A DNA stretch of 51,024 nucleotides, counting the filler, from Jimgerdemannia flammicorona (lineage: Eukaryota), in the NCBI GenBank assembly GCA_003990765.1. It is 2 parts of 2 records of this genome, joined end to end, with 100 filler letters (N's around TTAATTAATTAA, not from the genome) between each part and the next. Parts side by side here need not be neighbours in the genome. Positions count along the whole stretch, not along the records: positions 1 to 25,473 come from RBNJ01000828.1; positions 25,574 to 51,024 come from RBNJ01000829.1. One strand, given 5' to 3'. Below the pieces are notes generated by a model. It did no database searches, was not told the DNA's origin, and worked only from the letters and a program-made list of their open reading frames with translations. Made by a program: the position numbers and the translations under genes. Shown in pieces: positions 13,915 to 26,463 of the stretch (the first letter of the stretch is position 1; every line of letters begins with the position of its first letter).

Positions 13915-14128
13915 TCTTTATAAGTATAGTACCTTTATCTCTCATCTGAGTAACTATTACTGAAATAATTACAACTCTAATCTATGACCAAATTGATGAT
14001 ATGATATAAGAACTTAACTAGAAATATTTTAAGTATATCTGGACCATAGATAGACCCTTCTTATATCCAGATAATTATATCTTACAAATATCTCAAATTA
14101 GATATACTATGAAGAATATTTATACAGC
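13915..14128 (+). repeat. Dispersed unidentified repeat, copy a
   Basis: Colinear with 32471-32690 (AACTCTTT-ATAAGTATAG...CCAAATTGATGATAT...ATGAAGAATAT). Confidence 0.8.
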
Positions 14129-14391
14129 ACACCTTTTACTAGTAACATTCAGATAACGCAAGACTCAGACAACACTTTTCACAACATTTTTGGTGAAAGG
14201 TGACTAACAACATAGATAGCAACAAATGTACTGGTGAGTATTTTGGCCAGGGGGACAGTAGTGCCTTCAACTGGCAGCATATAGGAAGGAGGCAGGGAGA
14301 TGGTCTGGGGATGCCAGAGCCTTCTATGGTTGGCCATGGTGTTGGTGGTAGAGGGAGGGGTGGACTGAGGCAGTAAGGAGGCAGAGTGATC
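14126..14391 (+). mobile_element. LINE 5' end stub A (5' UTR plus start of ORF1)
   Basis: Decayed match to 17093-17360 (CTTT.AC..GTAACATTCAG...GGCCAGGGGG...TGGCAGCA). Confidence 0.8.
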
Positions 14392-14475
14392 TAACTCTTT
14401 TCTCCTGTATTATTCACATTATACCAACTTCAAGCAATGGTTTTCGACACAACTCAGAGAAAAGGTACTATAAAA

Positions 14476-15917
14476 ATGTCATTGAGCAAGAGTTCTGACA
14501 GGCATACTGGGTCAGGTGGACCAGGGGCATTTAGCTGGCAGTATGTGGGGAGAAGTTATGGACTGGGGATGGGGGTTTTTGGAGGGTTGAAGGGTGGAGA
14601 AGGCTCTGGAGGAGGTCTGGTGTCAGGTGGAACTGAGGGAAGGCCTGGCCCCTCCAGCTTTGTAGACAAGGTGGAGGTAAGTAGATGGCTGGCTGGGACT
14701 AGGGCGGGTGCTGCTGAGGGAAAGGGCAAGGCTAGCATCAGGAGGGGGAGTGGTGCTCAGGCAGAGGATGCAAGCATAGGTGCTGGGGGTATGTGGCTGG
14801 GAGAGTGACTGTTAATGGGAGTGTGATGGGAAATCGGAAAAAAAAAAGAGATGTGAAGGCTGATGGCCAGGTGGGGGTTCCCAATGAGGACAGGGGACCT
14901 GGCAGACAGTGTGATGGGGTTGGCAGTAACACCATTGCTCAAGAAGTCAATTTTGGAGTTTGTGGCTACTTTGTGCTTCTGGGGCTTAGTGGTGACAGTG
15001 AGGATGGTCCTGGGGCTTATCTTGAAGCAGGTGGCTGGGGCAGCCTCAGTGGAGTTCCTGAAGGGTCTGGAGGGGGTTGAGGTGGGCTTTGAGGAGGCAG
15101 GCCCATTGGAGGAGGCTTTGAGGTCTGGAGTGGCAGTAGGGGAGGTAGTGGTCCCTATGGTGAAGTGCTGAGGTGGGACCCCAGGGTGGTGCAGTTACTG
15201 GTGAAGGGAGTGCCTATAGTGATGAAGGATGAGACTAGGAGGAGGGTGGAGGAGGTAATGGTGGAGTATGGTGATGTGGTGGATATTAGTTTCCAGATGT
15301 GGGAGGGGACTACCTTCAGGACAGGTAATGTAGATATCAGGATTAGACTGGCTGAGAGAGAGGCCATGGGGAAGATGAGTGACTGGCCTTCAGTGTTAAT
15401 GTGGGGGGTCTTTGCCTGTAAGGTGTCAAGGGTGAAAGGGGGTGAAGAGGAGGAGGAGGACTTGTTGGAGGCTCTGGAGGAGTTGAGTAGTGCTGTTGAG
15501 CAGAGGACGAAGGCCTGAAAGTTATATGAGGAGTTGACACATCTGGAGATTGTAGATGAGAAATATATCTGTACAGATAAGAGATAGTGGGAGAGGGCTC
15601 AAGGACATAGGAGACAGCAGGAGATGCTGGCAAGTATAGAAGGAGGGGCGAAGATGAAGGCTGGGAGCTCTGAGAAGTCTGAGGGCATGGAGACAAGTGT
15701 CTGGGTTAGTAAGAGAGGAGGCAATGTGGCAGAGTGCCTGGAGGGGGCTGGGAAAATACTGTGTGAGGACCCATTTGATGATGACACATTTGAAGTCTGG
15801 GAACCAGTCTTGGATGACACTCCTCCACTGGTCCAGCAGGGTCCAGCTGCAAGAGGTCCAGCAGCAGAGAATGTGATGATGAAGGGTGCTCAGATACACT
15901 TTGGGGTTCCTGATGAG
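14476..15917 (+). pseudogene. LINE ORF1 paralogue B (3'-truncated)
   Basis: Own short 5' UTR (14392-14475), Gly-rich N-terminus, RRM-like core WDPRVVQLLVKGVP...EYGDVVDISF...TGNVDIRIRL. Frameshifts and stops. Confidence 0.85.
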
Positions 15918-17082
15918 AGGAGGCTGGGCCCCCCAAGTTTTGCAGATAAGGTGAAGGAGAGTGGGTGGCTGGCTGGATCTAGGGCTGGTACTGCTGTGGG
16001 AAAAGACAAGGAGAGCCTAGGGAGGGGGGGAGGTACTCAGGTGGGGGATGCAAGCATAGATGCTGGAGGGGCTGTGGCTGGGGGTGGGACTGCTGATGGT
16101 GGTATGATAGGCAATCAGGAAAAAAAAAGAGATGTGATGGTTGATAGAGGTGTGGGGCAGGGGTTCTCAATGCGGAAGGGGGATCTGGCCAATAGTATAA
16201 CAGGGCTGGTGGTGGTACTGTTACTCAGGAAATTGATCTCAGAGTTTGTGGTGACACTGTGTTTCTGAGGCTTAGCAGTGACAGCAAGAATGGTCTTGGG
16301 GCTTATCTCAAAGCAGGTGGCTGGGGCTGCCTCGGTGAAGTTCCTGAAGGGCCTGGAGGGGGTCAAGGTGGGCTTTGAGGAGGTGGGCCTACTGGAAGAG
16401 GCTCTGAAGAATAGAGTGGCAGTTGGAGAGGTGGCAGTCTCCATGATGTACTGCCTGAGGTGGGACCCCAGGGTGGTGCAGCTGTTGGTGAAGGGGGTGC
16501 CTACAGTGATGAAAGAGGAGACTAGGAGGAAGGTGGAGGCAGTGATAGCAGAGTATGGTGATGTGGTGGATGTCAGTTTCCAGGTGTGGGAGGGGACATC
16601 CATTATGACTGGTGACGTGGATGTGAGAATTAGACTGGCAGGAAGGGAGGCCACAGGGAAGGCAAGTGACTGGCCCTCAGTATTGATATGGGGGGCTTTT
16701 GTCTGTAAGGTGTCAAGGGTGAGAGGGAATGAAGAGGAGGAAGAGGACTTGCTGGAGGTGCTGGAGGAGTTGAGTGGTACTGTTGAGAGGAGGGCAAAGG
16801 CCTGGAAATTATATGAGGAGTAGACATATCTGGAGATTGTTGATGGAAAGCAGGTTCAAACTGACGAGAAGCAGTGGGAGAAGGCCCAGGGGGTGCATGA
16901 GGCAGAGAGAGCTGTTGGCAAGTAGGAGAGGAGATGCCAAGAAGAAGGTGGATAGAACTGAGGAGTCTGGAGGCATTGAAGCTAGTGTCTGGGCTAGTAA
17001 AGGAGGAGGGGAGGTGGAGGCAAACAGAGAAGGGGCTGGGAAGGTGCTAATCAAGGACCCCTATGCAGATGGTACATTCGAG
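15918..17082 (+). pseudogene. LINE ORF1 paralogue C (no 5' UTR, fused in frame to B)
   Basis: Restarts at the SFADKV motif; same core as B (ORFs 15624-16268 and 16278-16823). Confidence 0.85.
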
Positions 17083-17179
17083 GCCAATATAGGCAGCATC
17101 CTTTCACCGGTAACATTCAGGTGACACAAGATTTGGACAACACTTTTTGCAAAGTTTTTGGTGAAAAGTGACTATCAAC

Positions 17180-18730
17180 ATGGTGAGCAACGAGCTTACT
17201 GGTGAGCATGTCGGCCAGGGGGGCAGCCATGCCTTCTATTGGCAGCAGGTCGGGAGGAAACGAGGAGATGGTTTGGAGATGCCAGGGCCTTCTGTGGTTG
17301 GAAGAGGTGCTGGAGGTGGAGGAAGAGGTGGCCTGAGGCAGCGAGGTGGGGGGAGAATGACCTTTGCAGACAAGGTCCGGATGGGGAAGATGGCAGCAGG
17401 GCTGGATGGTTGGTTGGGACTGGGGAAGGTGATGCCGGTTTCAGGTGGAGGACAGGGAGGACCCCCCATGGGAGCATCGGTCAGTATGGGGGGAGGGGGA
17501 GTAGGGGTTGGAGGTGTGACTGCTGATGGGGCTGTGATGGGGAATCTGGAAAAAAATCCAGATGTGATAGTGGTTGGCGGATCAGGACAGAAGGAGGGCA
17601 CAAGGCCCGGGGACCTGGTGGATGGAGTGATGGGCATGGTGTCGGCACCGTTACCCAAAAAGTTGAGGTCGGAATTCGCTGTCTCATTGTGTTTCCAAGG
17701 CTTAGCGGTGACTGCGAGGATGATTCTGGGGCTGGTGGCGCAGGAGGTGAAGGGGGCGGCGATAGTCAAGTTTCTGAAGGGGAAAGAAGGGATTGAGGTA
17801 GGGTTTGAGGAAGAGGTGTCGATGTTGGAGGCTGTGGAGAAAGGGGTTGTAGTAGGTGGAGTGGTAGTTCCTATGGTGACAGTGCTGGATCTTCCTATGG
17901 TGTCATGGGAGAGGGCCAGGGAGTTGATTGTGGAGGTGGTCAAGGAGTATGGCGATATCATAGATATTGGGTTCAAAGTCTGGGAGGGTACAGAACTCAG
18001 GACTGGAGATATCGACATAAGGGTATGCCTGTTTGGATGGGAGAACACAGGGAAGACGAGAGACTGGCCAGCGACTCTCAAGTGGGGACTAGTTGAGTGC
18101 AAGGTCTCTCGGGTGAAAGGGACGCTGGAGGAAGAGGAGGATTTGCTGGAGGCCCTTGAGGATTTGTCAGGAGGGGTCGAGAGGAGAAGATTGGCTTGGA
18201 AGGAGTATGAGGCCAAGACAGTGGTGGAAATTGTGGAAGGGAAGAAAGTCAGGATGGACCGAGGAATCTGGGAGAAGATGCAGGGGAGGAGAATTCAGAA
18301 GGAGCTGTTGGAGAAATTGGGAGGTGGCACAGTTGGAAGTGGAGGGGGAGGAGGTGGAGTAGGATCGAGGGAGAGTGACTGGGCTGGGGAGCCCAGAGCA
18401 GCCCAAGGTGTGGCCCAAGAGGTCCTTGGCGAGGGAGGACAGGGCGGCATGGTGGAGGATGCTGAAATGAGTATGGAAGTACAAATGCAGTATAGGGTCC
18501 CTGAAGGGGCCAGAGGGGAGGAGGAACTTCTTGATGTCCTGAAGGAGGAGTGGGACGAGTCAGGGAGGAGGAGCGCATTGGTGGAAACTGCGATTGAGGT
18601 GGAAGGGAGTGCCCAGGGAGTCGAGGCAGAGGTGGATGAGGAGAAGTGGTTGTGGAAGACTCTGGAGGGGGTGGCAGCTGAGGAGCTGGGTGGTGAGGAC
18701 TTCTGGGTTATGAGTGACAGGCACTGGGAG
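17180..18730 (+). pseudogene. LINE ORF1 paralogue D (open frame, 3'-truncated)
   Basis: 5' UTR 17093-17179; uninterrupted frame (ORF 17168-18904) with the same core. Lacks the WDPRVVQLLVK segment. Confidence 0.85.
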
Positions 18731-18801
18731 ATCAACATTCAGGTTACACAACCTTTTGGCAACACCTTCGACACAGTTTCTGGAGACAAGCTACTAGTAT
18801 C

Positions 18802-20835
18802 ATGGCAACCAACATACACTCTAAGGTGCGTACTGGGCAGGGTGGCCCTGGAGCGTTTGAATGGCAGCAAGAAGGGAGAGGCCCTGGTCTGGGGGGCAGT
18901 ATGAGGGGTCTGCTGGCGGGAGGACGCGGTGGTGGAGGGGGTGGAACAGGAGGTCAAGGATCTGGCAGGGTGAGCTTCGCAGAGAAGGTGAAGGGGGGTC
19001 AGCAGGGAGCTGGTCTGGAGAGCTGGCTGAGGGGAGGGAAGGTGCTGGTGAGAGCTACAAGACAGCAACCTCATGGGGGTGCCTCTCTGGAGGGCCTTAG
19101 GGGTGGAGCTGGGGGGGTAGCAGCTGGGATGGGGACTGCTAATGGGGGTGTGATGGGCAATCTGGAAAAAAATCTAGATGGGACTGCTGATGGTAAGCTG
19201 AGCAGTGGGAAGGGCGTGAGGACTGGGGACCTGGCGGATGGTATAATGGGGCTGGCCATGGCTCCATTACTCAAAAAGTCGATCTCGGAATTTGCAGTCA
19301 CGATGTGTTTCCGGGGCTTGGCGGTGATGGTGAAAATAGTTCTGGGGCTGATCATGAAGCAGATGAGTGGTGCGGCATCTGTTAAGTTTCTGAAGGGCCT
19401 GGAAGGAGTGGAGGTGGGATTTGAGGAGGCTGGGCCACTGGAGGAGGCTTTGAATGTGGGGTTGACAGTGGGTGAGGTGTGCATACCAATGGTGAGATGT
19501 CTACGGTGGGACCCAAGAGTGGTGCAACTTCTGGTGAAAGGAGTACCCACAGTTACTACTGTAGAGATGAGGAAGAGAGTCGAGGAGATCATGGCGGAGT
19601 ATGGCAAGGTGGTTGATATTGGATTCAGAGTGTGGGAAGGAACCTCTCTCCAGACAGGGGACATGGATGTCAGGATTAGGTTGGCTGGACAGGAGGCTAC
19701 TGGGAAGGCTCGGGACTGGCTCTCAGTGATGGTGTGGGGAGCTTTCTTGTGCAAGGTGATGAGAGTGAAGGGGAGCGAGGAGGAGGAGGAGGATTTGCTG
19801 GAAGCACTGGAGGAGTTGAGTGGAGTGGTGGAGAGGAGGGCGAAGGTATGGGAGGCTTTCGAGGTGGTAATGCATCTTGAGGTGGTTGGAGGAAAGTGAG
19901 TCTGCATCAACAAGGAGGTGTGGGAGAGGTCTCAAGGGCGCAGGAGACAGAAGGAATTGTTGGTGAAAATGGAAGCAGAGGTTATGAGGAAGGCATGTGA
20001 TGATGTGACCACTGGAGGGGCTGCAGAGAGTGTCTGGGCTGCGGATAGTGGGAGGAGTATGGAGGGAAGGCAGGTGGAGGCTGAGAAGGTGCCGAGTGAG
20101 GATCCTTATGTGGATGGCACATTGGAGGTTTGGGAGGAAACCTGGGCAGATTCACCTTCACCCTCTCCCCTTATCAGAAGGGGTCCAGCGGTGAGAGGTA
20201 GGGCAGGGGAGGATGTGCTGATGTACGGTGCTCAACAAGTGCACTTTGGAGTACCAAATGTGGAGAAGGGGGGATTGGTAGAGGCGACTGGGGAAGAGGA
20301 ATTGGTAGATGTCCCAGAGGAGGGATGGAATGAGTCGGTGAGTATAGGGGCTGATACTACGATGTTGGATGGAGGGAGACTAGCGACCCCAGGAGGGAAG
20401 GAGGTGGAGAACCTGCTCTGGATATGCCAGATGATGAATAACTTGGTAGCGGAAGAGCTGGGGGAAGTCAACCTCCAGGCAATGAGCAATGAGCATTGGG
20501 CAGGGATCTTGCAGAGTGATGGAGTGGAGGCAGCATTGAAGGCAGAAATTCTGGCAGTGTACTTGGAGGAGGAGGGGTATGAGGTCGATAAGGAGAGGGA
20601 AGCTGCTCTGGCTGTGGTGGCGGGTGAGTGGGCTGCCCACTGTTGGAATAAGAGGCATGGGCTGCAGCTCTGGCAGGAGGCTTGTGTGGAGTACCGTGAG
20701 GAGTTTGAGGAGAAGGAGGATGCAGAGATGGCTGAGATTCTGGCTGAATTGGAGGCCAAGAGAGCCGAGGAAGCTGAAGTTATTGCTGAGCACGACCTAG
20801 ACAGAGCACAGGAGGAAGGGGCCATGGAGCAGTAG
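18802..20835 (+). pseudogene. LINE E ORF1 (~677 codons, one premature TGA at 19897)
   Basis: ORFs 18802-19899 and 19918-20835 are in the same frame. RRM-like core and acidic coiled-coil-like C-terminus. Confidence 0.88.
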
Positions 20836-20899
20836 AGGACTCATCTGAGACTATATAATATCTCTTATAAATAGTACAACCAACATTTTTTCTTTTAAC

Positions 20900-23800
20900 A
20901 TGAATGGGCTGTGGGGCACTTATCAGTGTAAGAACATTTTTACTTGGCTGAAGGGATTGGAGGCTGATCTCTTTCTCTTGCAGGACGTACAGTGTGAGGA
21001 TGACTTGGATAGAATGGAATGGAGGAAGAAATGGGGTAGTGAGGCAGTCTGGAAAGGCAAGGTTGGAATTCTGGTGCAGAAAGGCAGAGGGGAAATGTGG
21101 GGTGTATGGAGCTGGGGAGATAGATTGGTCTGGGGAGAGTGGATTCATGCTGGTTGGGAACCAGTCATGGTGGGCTCATGTTACTGCCCTGCAGTGCGGG
21201 GCGAGCAGGTGGATTGGGTGACAGGTCTACAGGAGAGTGGAATTCTGGTGGAAGTTGGGGTAGATGTGCTTGTTGGAGACTTCAATATGGTCCGTGATGT
21301 ACAGAGGGATAGAACTGATGGAGGATGAGGAGCTGTGGGTCAGAGTGGAGGACTGGGGGCATGGGAGGAAGTGGAAAGACTGAGTGCTCTGATGGATGCG
21401 GGTAGGGAATACTGGGGGAATAGGAGGGTATATACACACTGGGCCAGGGGCCTGGGGATAAGGATTGACTGGATTCTGACTGCCAGCTACTGGGGTTTAG
21501 ATGTTTGGAAGTCACTGGAGGTAGAATGGTGCCCTTGGTCAGATCATTGGGGGCTTTTAGGGCAGAGACATTTTGGGGGGAGTGGGGATGGGCCTGGACA
21601 TTGGTGCCTCAATTCCTCCTTATTAGATGATAAGTCCCAGTGGGATAAATGGGCTGAAGTTGTGCAACTACAGGTGGAGGGCTGGAGGCAGAAAGGTATC
21701 CCAGTTGATGTTCAGTGGCTGAAGATAAAGGAGATGGCCAGAACCTTCTGGAGAGAGGCTGTCTTGAAGGCTGGGAGACAGAGGAGGAGACAGGTGCAGT
21801 GGGCATCGAGTAGACTATCTCAACTCTTGGAGGACTGGGCAAGACTGGCGATGTTGGAGGGAGAGAAGGACTGGTGTTTAATGAGGGTGAGAATGGAGGT
21901 GGCTGAACTACAGCAGGTGCTGAGGAGTGAGGAAGAGGCAAGGGTCCAGGGTCTGGCAGCACGGCTTCATTGGCAGGGGCTAGAGGAAGGAGAGAGGCCC
22001 TCAAAGTTTCTTATGAGAGCACTTCAGGCATGAAGAGTGCAGCAGAGGTGGGAGGGGGTGATTAATGCTGATGGTATATTGGTGCATGGGGTACAAGATG
22101 TTCTTGGATCATTAAAGGAACATTGGAGTAGTTTGTGGAGTGAGGAGGAGGGTGGGGCAGATGCTGATGATATTGATCGAGCATTGGCAGATTGGCACCC
22201 TACATGAGCTGATGGGTTGGAGGACTTAGTAATGCCAGTGCTAGAGGAGGAGATCTACTAGGTTCTTGCCACGACAACCTTGGGTATAGTACCTGGGGAG
22301 GATGGTCTACTCTGGGACTTCTGGAAAAGGATGGTGGGAGTCCCTGGAGTACTGGGTGAGATGACAGCATTGTGTGACTGGATTCTACAGATAGGGAGAT
22401 GGGTGGGACAACAGAATCTTGGGCTGGTGACATTGCTTTATAAGAACAAAGGGGGCTGTGAGGACTGGAAGAACTGGAGGCCGATTATGCTGCTAGATAT
22501 GGATAGAAAGTTAGTTACCAAAGTGGTGGTCGCAAGGTTGCAAAAGGTGGCACAGCAAGTCTTGGGTGAGGAGCAGCAGGGATTTGTGGGAGGCTGGCTC
22601 ATCAGAGATGGCATGGCATGGGTGCATGGTGTGATAGAAGGGGCAAGAGCAAGTGGACTGGATGGCCATCTGGTCTTTTTAGACCAGGAGAAGGCCTATG
22701 ACTGAGTGCGACAGGTCTGGCTAGCGAAAGTGCTGGATAGGATTGGGGTCCCACAGCCATTCAGGGCCTGCATGGTCAGCCTACTGGAAGGGAGTAGGGC
22801 GGCACTCATGTGTAATGGGCATAGAGGGGTGGCATTTCCCCTGGATAGGGGGGTGCCCCAGGGGGACCTGTTGTCCCCCATTTTGTATGCTTTGTCTCTG
22901 GAACCCTTCATGGACAGAATTAGGAAGAAGATAGTGGGGCTCTCTATCTTTGGCATCGGGTGGAAAGTTGGGGCATTGCAGATGACATGGTGGTTGGTCT
23001 GAGATCAATTGCAGATGTTGAGGAGCTCAAGGAAACAGTAGAGTGGTATGAGGCGAACTCTGGGATCAGGCTTAATTGGCATAAGTGCGAAACAATGGTG
23101 TTAGGCAATGGGCTGCTGGGTGGGGAGATTATTGGAACAATTGTCCCTGCTGGGGAGGCAGTCAGATACTTGGGTATTTATCTGTCAGTATATGGATCAG
23201 TTCTGCCCAAGCTTTGGTCAGAGCAGCAAGTTGGCATTTGGGAGGAGGCCCTGTGGAGTTGGGGCCACCAATTGTCTCTAGCAGGACGTGTTTCGATTCT
23301 GAACATCTATTGGCTGCTGAAGGTGTGGTATCTGGCTTATCATCTGGATTTCCCAGCTTGGGTGGTGAGGAGGTTGATGAAGATGGCCAAGGGGTGAATT
23401 TGGGCTGGAAGGCAGAGTCAAATCAGCTGGGAGGTCTTGTTCTTACTGGTGGCAAGTGGGGGACTTGGACTGATTGACTTTCCTAAGAGGCTATACTGTT
23501 TGAGGGCATGGTGGTTGAAGAGAGCAGTAGAGTTAAGAGGGGGTGGCTGGGTTCCCCTACTGCAGAAAGTCTGGGAGAGGAGGTCCTCCCCAAGGGGTTT
23601 GATGGGTGATCTCCTTGCTCTGGTGGGCCTTCGGAACTCTGGGCAATTGCGATACAAAGGCTTCTGGTGGGGGGTGGCAGAGGGGGTGTGCTGCATTGGA
23701 ATTCGGTGGTAGGGAAATGAAGGGGAGGAGGCTTGGGACCCTGCGATGTGGCAATGGGACCAAGTGTTACTGGGCGGTATTTCTCTAATTGAGTTTGACA

Positions 23801-24350
23801 TTGGGGATGGAATTGAATTCCAATGGGGACCAGGCCAGGATCTGTGGCCTAGCAGCTGGCAGGGAGTAGAAATTGGTGAGGAGTGGGACTAGCAAAGCAT
23901 TTGGCCCTGGAGTGCCGAGGTGAGGAGGTGGCTGCCACCAAAATATTGGGTGGTCTGGTGGCGGGTGCTGTAGTGCAATGTCATGCTTAACTTCTGCTTG
24001 GGTCACCTTGTCGAGAGAGGCTGCTTTGACTGTGAAGTTATAATGTAGGGCAGGAAGGGGGATTTGTACAGATGCCTGAACATTGGCTAGGGGAGTGTGA
24101 GGTACTTAGTATCTTTTGGCAGAACATTGAGGATCATTTGGGGGTAGTGTGTAGGGGAGCTGAAGTGTGGGGGCATTGGGAGGATTTATGGGGCAGACTG
24201 GAGGGAGGGGTGGGGAAGGAATGGCTGACTTTGGGTTGGGCTCTGGTCATTTGGATGGGGATGGCCAGTCACTGATTATTTGTTTTTGAGGATGGGAGGA
24301 AACTTAGCTCTAAGGGCAGGATGTTGAGGTGGTGGAGCCTTATGGAGGAC
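20900..24350 (+). pseudogene. LINE E ORF2: APE endonuclease - reverse transcriptase - zinc finger
   Basis: NGL, GDFN, RIDW, SDH (APE). PGEDG, WRPIMLL, QQGF, LDQEKAYD, GVPQGDLLSP, ADD with a 1-nt deletion just upstream (~22976), YLG (RT). CFDC...HWLGEC zinc finger. In-frame stops. Confidence 0.93.
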
Positions 24351-25473
24351 AGCTCCTTTCTCCGCTACCTTACCGGTCACAAGGTTTGGTAGGCGATCTT
24401 CCGAGTCCCCTTTCCCCTAATATTACCCCCTCTACCTCGGGTTGGTTTGCTGTGCCTGCAGGGGCATGGTGGGAGGAGGGCAATGGTGCTGAGTTGCCTC
24501 TTTATTGGTGTCGGATCAGTGCTTCCTCCACTTTTTCGCGGATTCTGGTGCCTTCAGCTGCATCTGGGGTGTACCTGTTTTGGTGCGGCGCCTTCTTCCT
24601 TTTGCCATCGCCAACAAGGAGTTGTCTCGGTGTGTCTTGGGCTATGTAGGGAGTCGGCCGACCTTGGGCGTCAAGTGCTCAGTGTAGGTTACCTGCAGGT
24701 CCTCAGTGCCTGTGGTGGGGCCCTCTGGCTTTGGCGAGCTTCCCGGCGAGTGTGGTTCTGACGTAGGTGACTGCTTTTCGGGTGTTGTTGGGATGGGAGG
24801 GGAGATGGCCGTCACAGATAGGTGGAAGGGCGATTACGGTGAACCAGTAGGGTACCAGGCTGGGGGCGGTCGTCAGGCTGGGGCAGGTGCTGCTTCGGTG
24901 GGGCCTTTTGATTGGTACGGTGCAGTTAGGTAGTAGGTGTCACTCTCGGCTTCTTTTGGCAGGTAGCGGGGTGAGGCCCCAGTCATCAGGGGGGGTCAGG
25001 GGGCCCGAGGCTACCCATTTCAGGCATCTTGGCTGCACTCAACTGGAACTGGGAGCTGACACGGCAACGTGATCGAGGCCCGCAGGCTTGAGTAGTGGGG
25101 TATTGGGGGTTTCCTCCCGCCTCACGTGTAAGTTCTTTACTCACCTTGACTGGGAGAACCAGGCCCTATCCACCATGTTGTGCTTTGATGAGGGTTTTTT
25201 CTTTGCCTGTCATTCTCTTTGGAGTGGCAGGGGCTATTCTATTTAGCTCAGGCGTGGCCTTGTACATACGATGGGTTCTCAGGCATGCGCTTTCGGTCAT
25301 TGGCGTATGGTTGGGTTTCCCCTGGCGGTAGGGAGAGCATGGTGCACAGAATGAGGTGCAGGCTTATCAGCCCTGCTGCGCCTGGCATGGTCAAGCTGCT
25401 GGACAATAGCTAGTCTAGGTTAATGGGGGGGCAGTGCTTGGTGGGTGGTGGGGGAGGGTTTTGGCCTATATAG
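24350..25473 (+). mobile_element. Unidentified CpG-rich repeat F, copy 1 (runs into the gap)
   Basis: Colinear along its length with 49807-50929. Starts CTCCTTTCTCCGCTACCTT; no convincing ORF. Confidence 0.75.
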
Positions 25474-25573
25474 NNNNNNNNNNNNNNNNNNNNNNNNNNN
25501 NNNNNNNNNNNNNNNNNTTAATTAATTAANNNNNNNNNNNNNNNNNNNNNNNNNNNNNNNNNNNNNNNNNNNN
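25474..25573. other. Assembly gap with artificial six-frame stop linker
   Basis: 44 N + TTAATTAATTAA (25518-25529) + 44 N. Confidence 0.95.
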
Positions 25574-25703
25574 CTCCTCCCACCATGCCCCTGCAGGCAC
25601 AGCAAACCAACCCGAGGTAGAGGGGGTAATAATAGGGGAAAGGGGACTCGGAAGGTCGCCTACCAAACCTTGTGACCGGTAAGGTAGCGGAGAAAGGAGC
25701 TGT
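25574..25703 (-). mobile_element. Repeat F, copy 2 (first ~130 bp, runs into the gap)
   Basis: Reverse complement of 24349-24478 with the same start boundary. Confidence 0.8.
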
Positions 25704-25778
25704 GGCAATTCTTCCACCTCTACTAATAGATAATATGAACTCTACCTCCACCATGTATTCCCCAACCACATTACTGCC

Positions 25779-26414
25779 ATTGAGATGAGATGGACAGATG
25801 ATTGAGGTGAGATAGACAGATGATTGAGATAAGACAGACAGATAATTGAGATAAGATAGATAGATGATTGAGGCAAGACAGACAGACAGACAGATGATTG
25901 AGATGAGATGGACAGATGATTGAGATGAGATGGTTGAGACAAGATGGACAGACAATTGAGATGAGATGGATGGACAATTGAGGCAAGATGAAAGGACAAT
26001 TGAGATGAGATGGACAGATGATTGAGACCAGACAGACAGATGATTGAGATGAGATAGATGGACAATTGAGATGAGACAGACAGATGATTGAGGCAAGATA
26101 GATGGATGATTGAGATGAGATGGATAGACAATTGAGATAAGATAGATGGATGATTGAGATGAGATAGATGGACAATTGAGATGAGATGGATGGATGATTG
26201 AGGTGAGATGGATGGACAATTGAGATGAGACAGATGAACAATTGAGGCAAGATGGATGGATGATTGAGACGAGACAGATGGATGATTGAGACAAGATGGA
26301 TGGATGATTGAGACAAGATGGATAGACAATTGAGATAAGACAAGACAGACAATTGAGATGAGATGGACAATTGAGACAAGACAGAACTAGATAGACAATT
26401 GAGATGAGATGGAC
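25779..26414 (+). repeat. Degenerate ~18-22 bp minisatellite (GATTGAGATGAGATGGATGGAT-like)
   Basis: Tandem ATTGAGA(T/C)(G/A)AGA units interleaved with GATG/GACA tetramers. Confidence 0.9.
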
Positions 26415-26463
26415 CTATAGATTTTACTAAATTATTAAATTTATATTTTTTAGTTATAACAAA

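Larger units (their letters stand above)
18733..24350 (+). mobile_element. Near full-length L1/Tx1-like LINE (element E)
   Basis: 5' UTR starting ..ACATTCAG, ORF1, short spacer, then ORF2 with APE endonuclease, RT and C-terminal zinc finger. Confidence 0.92.

Noticed and set aside
14556..22004. Many long antisense ORFs opposite the LINE ORFs (e.g. 17236-18216, 19071-19913)
   Set aside because: They are Ser/Pro/Thr-rich shadows of G-rich sense coding sequence with no independent motifs.
24960..25010. Hammerhead ribozyme (CTGATGA on the minus strand of repeat F)
   Set aside because: No GAAA follows the putative stem II, so the catalytic core is incomplete.
25518..25529. TTAATTAATTAA as a biological motif
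   Set aside because: It is centred exactly in a 100-nt N spacer and is a six-frame-stop assembly linker.
24350..25703. Repeat F copies in inverted orientation as TIRs of one large element
   Set aside because: They face each other across an artificial contig linker, have unrelated flanks and no TSD. Contigs commonly break in young repeats.
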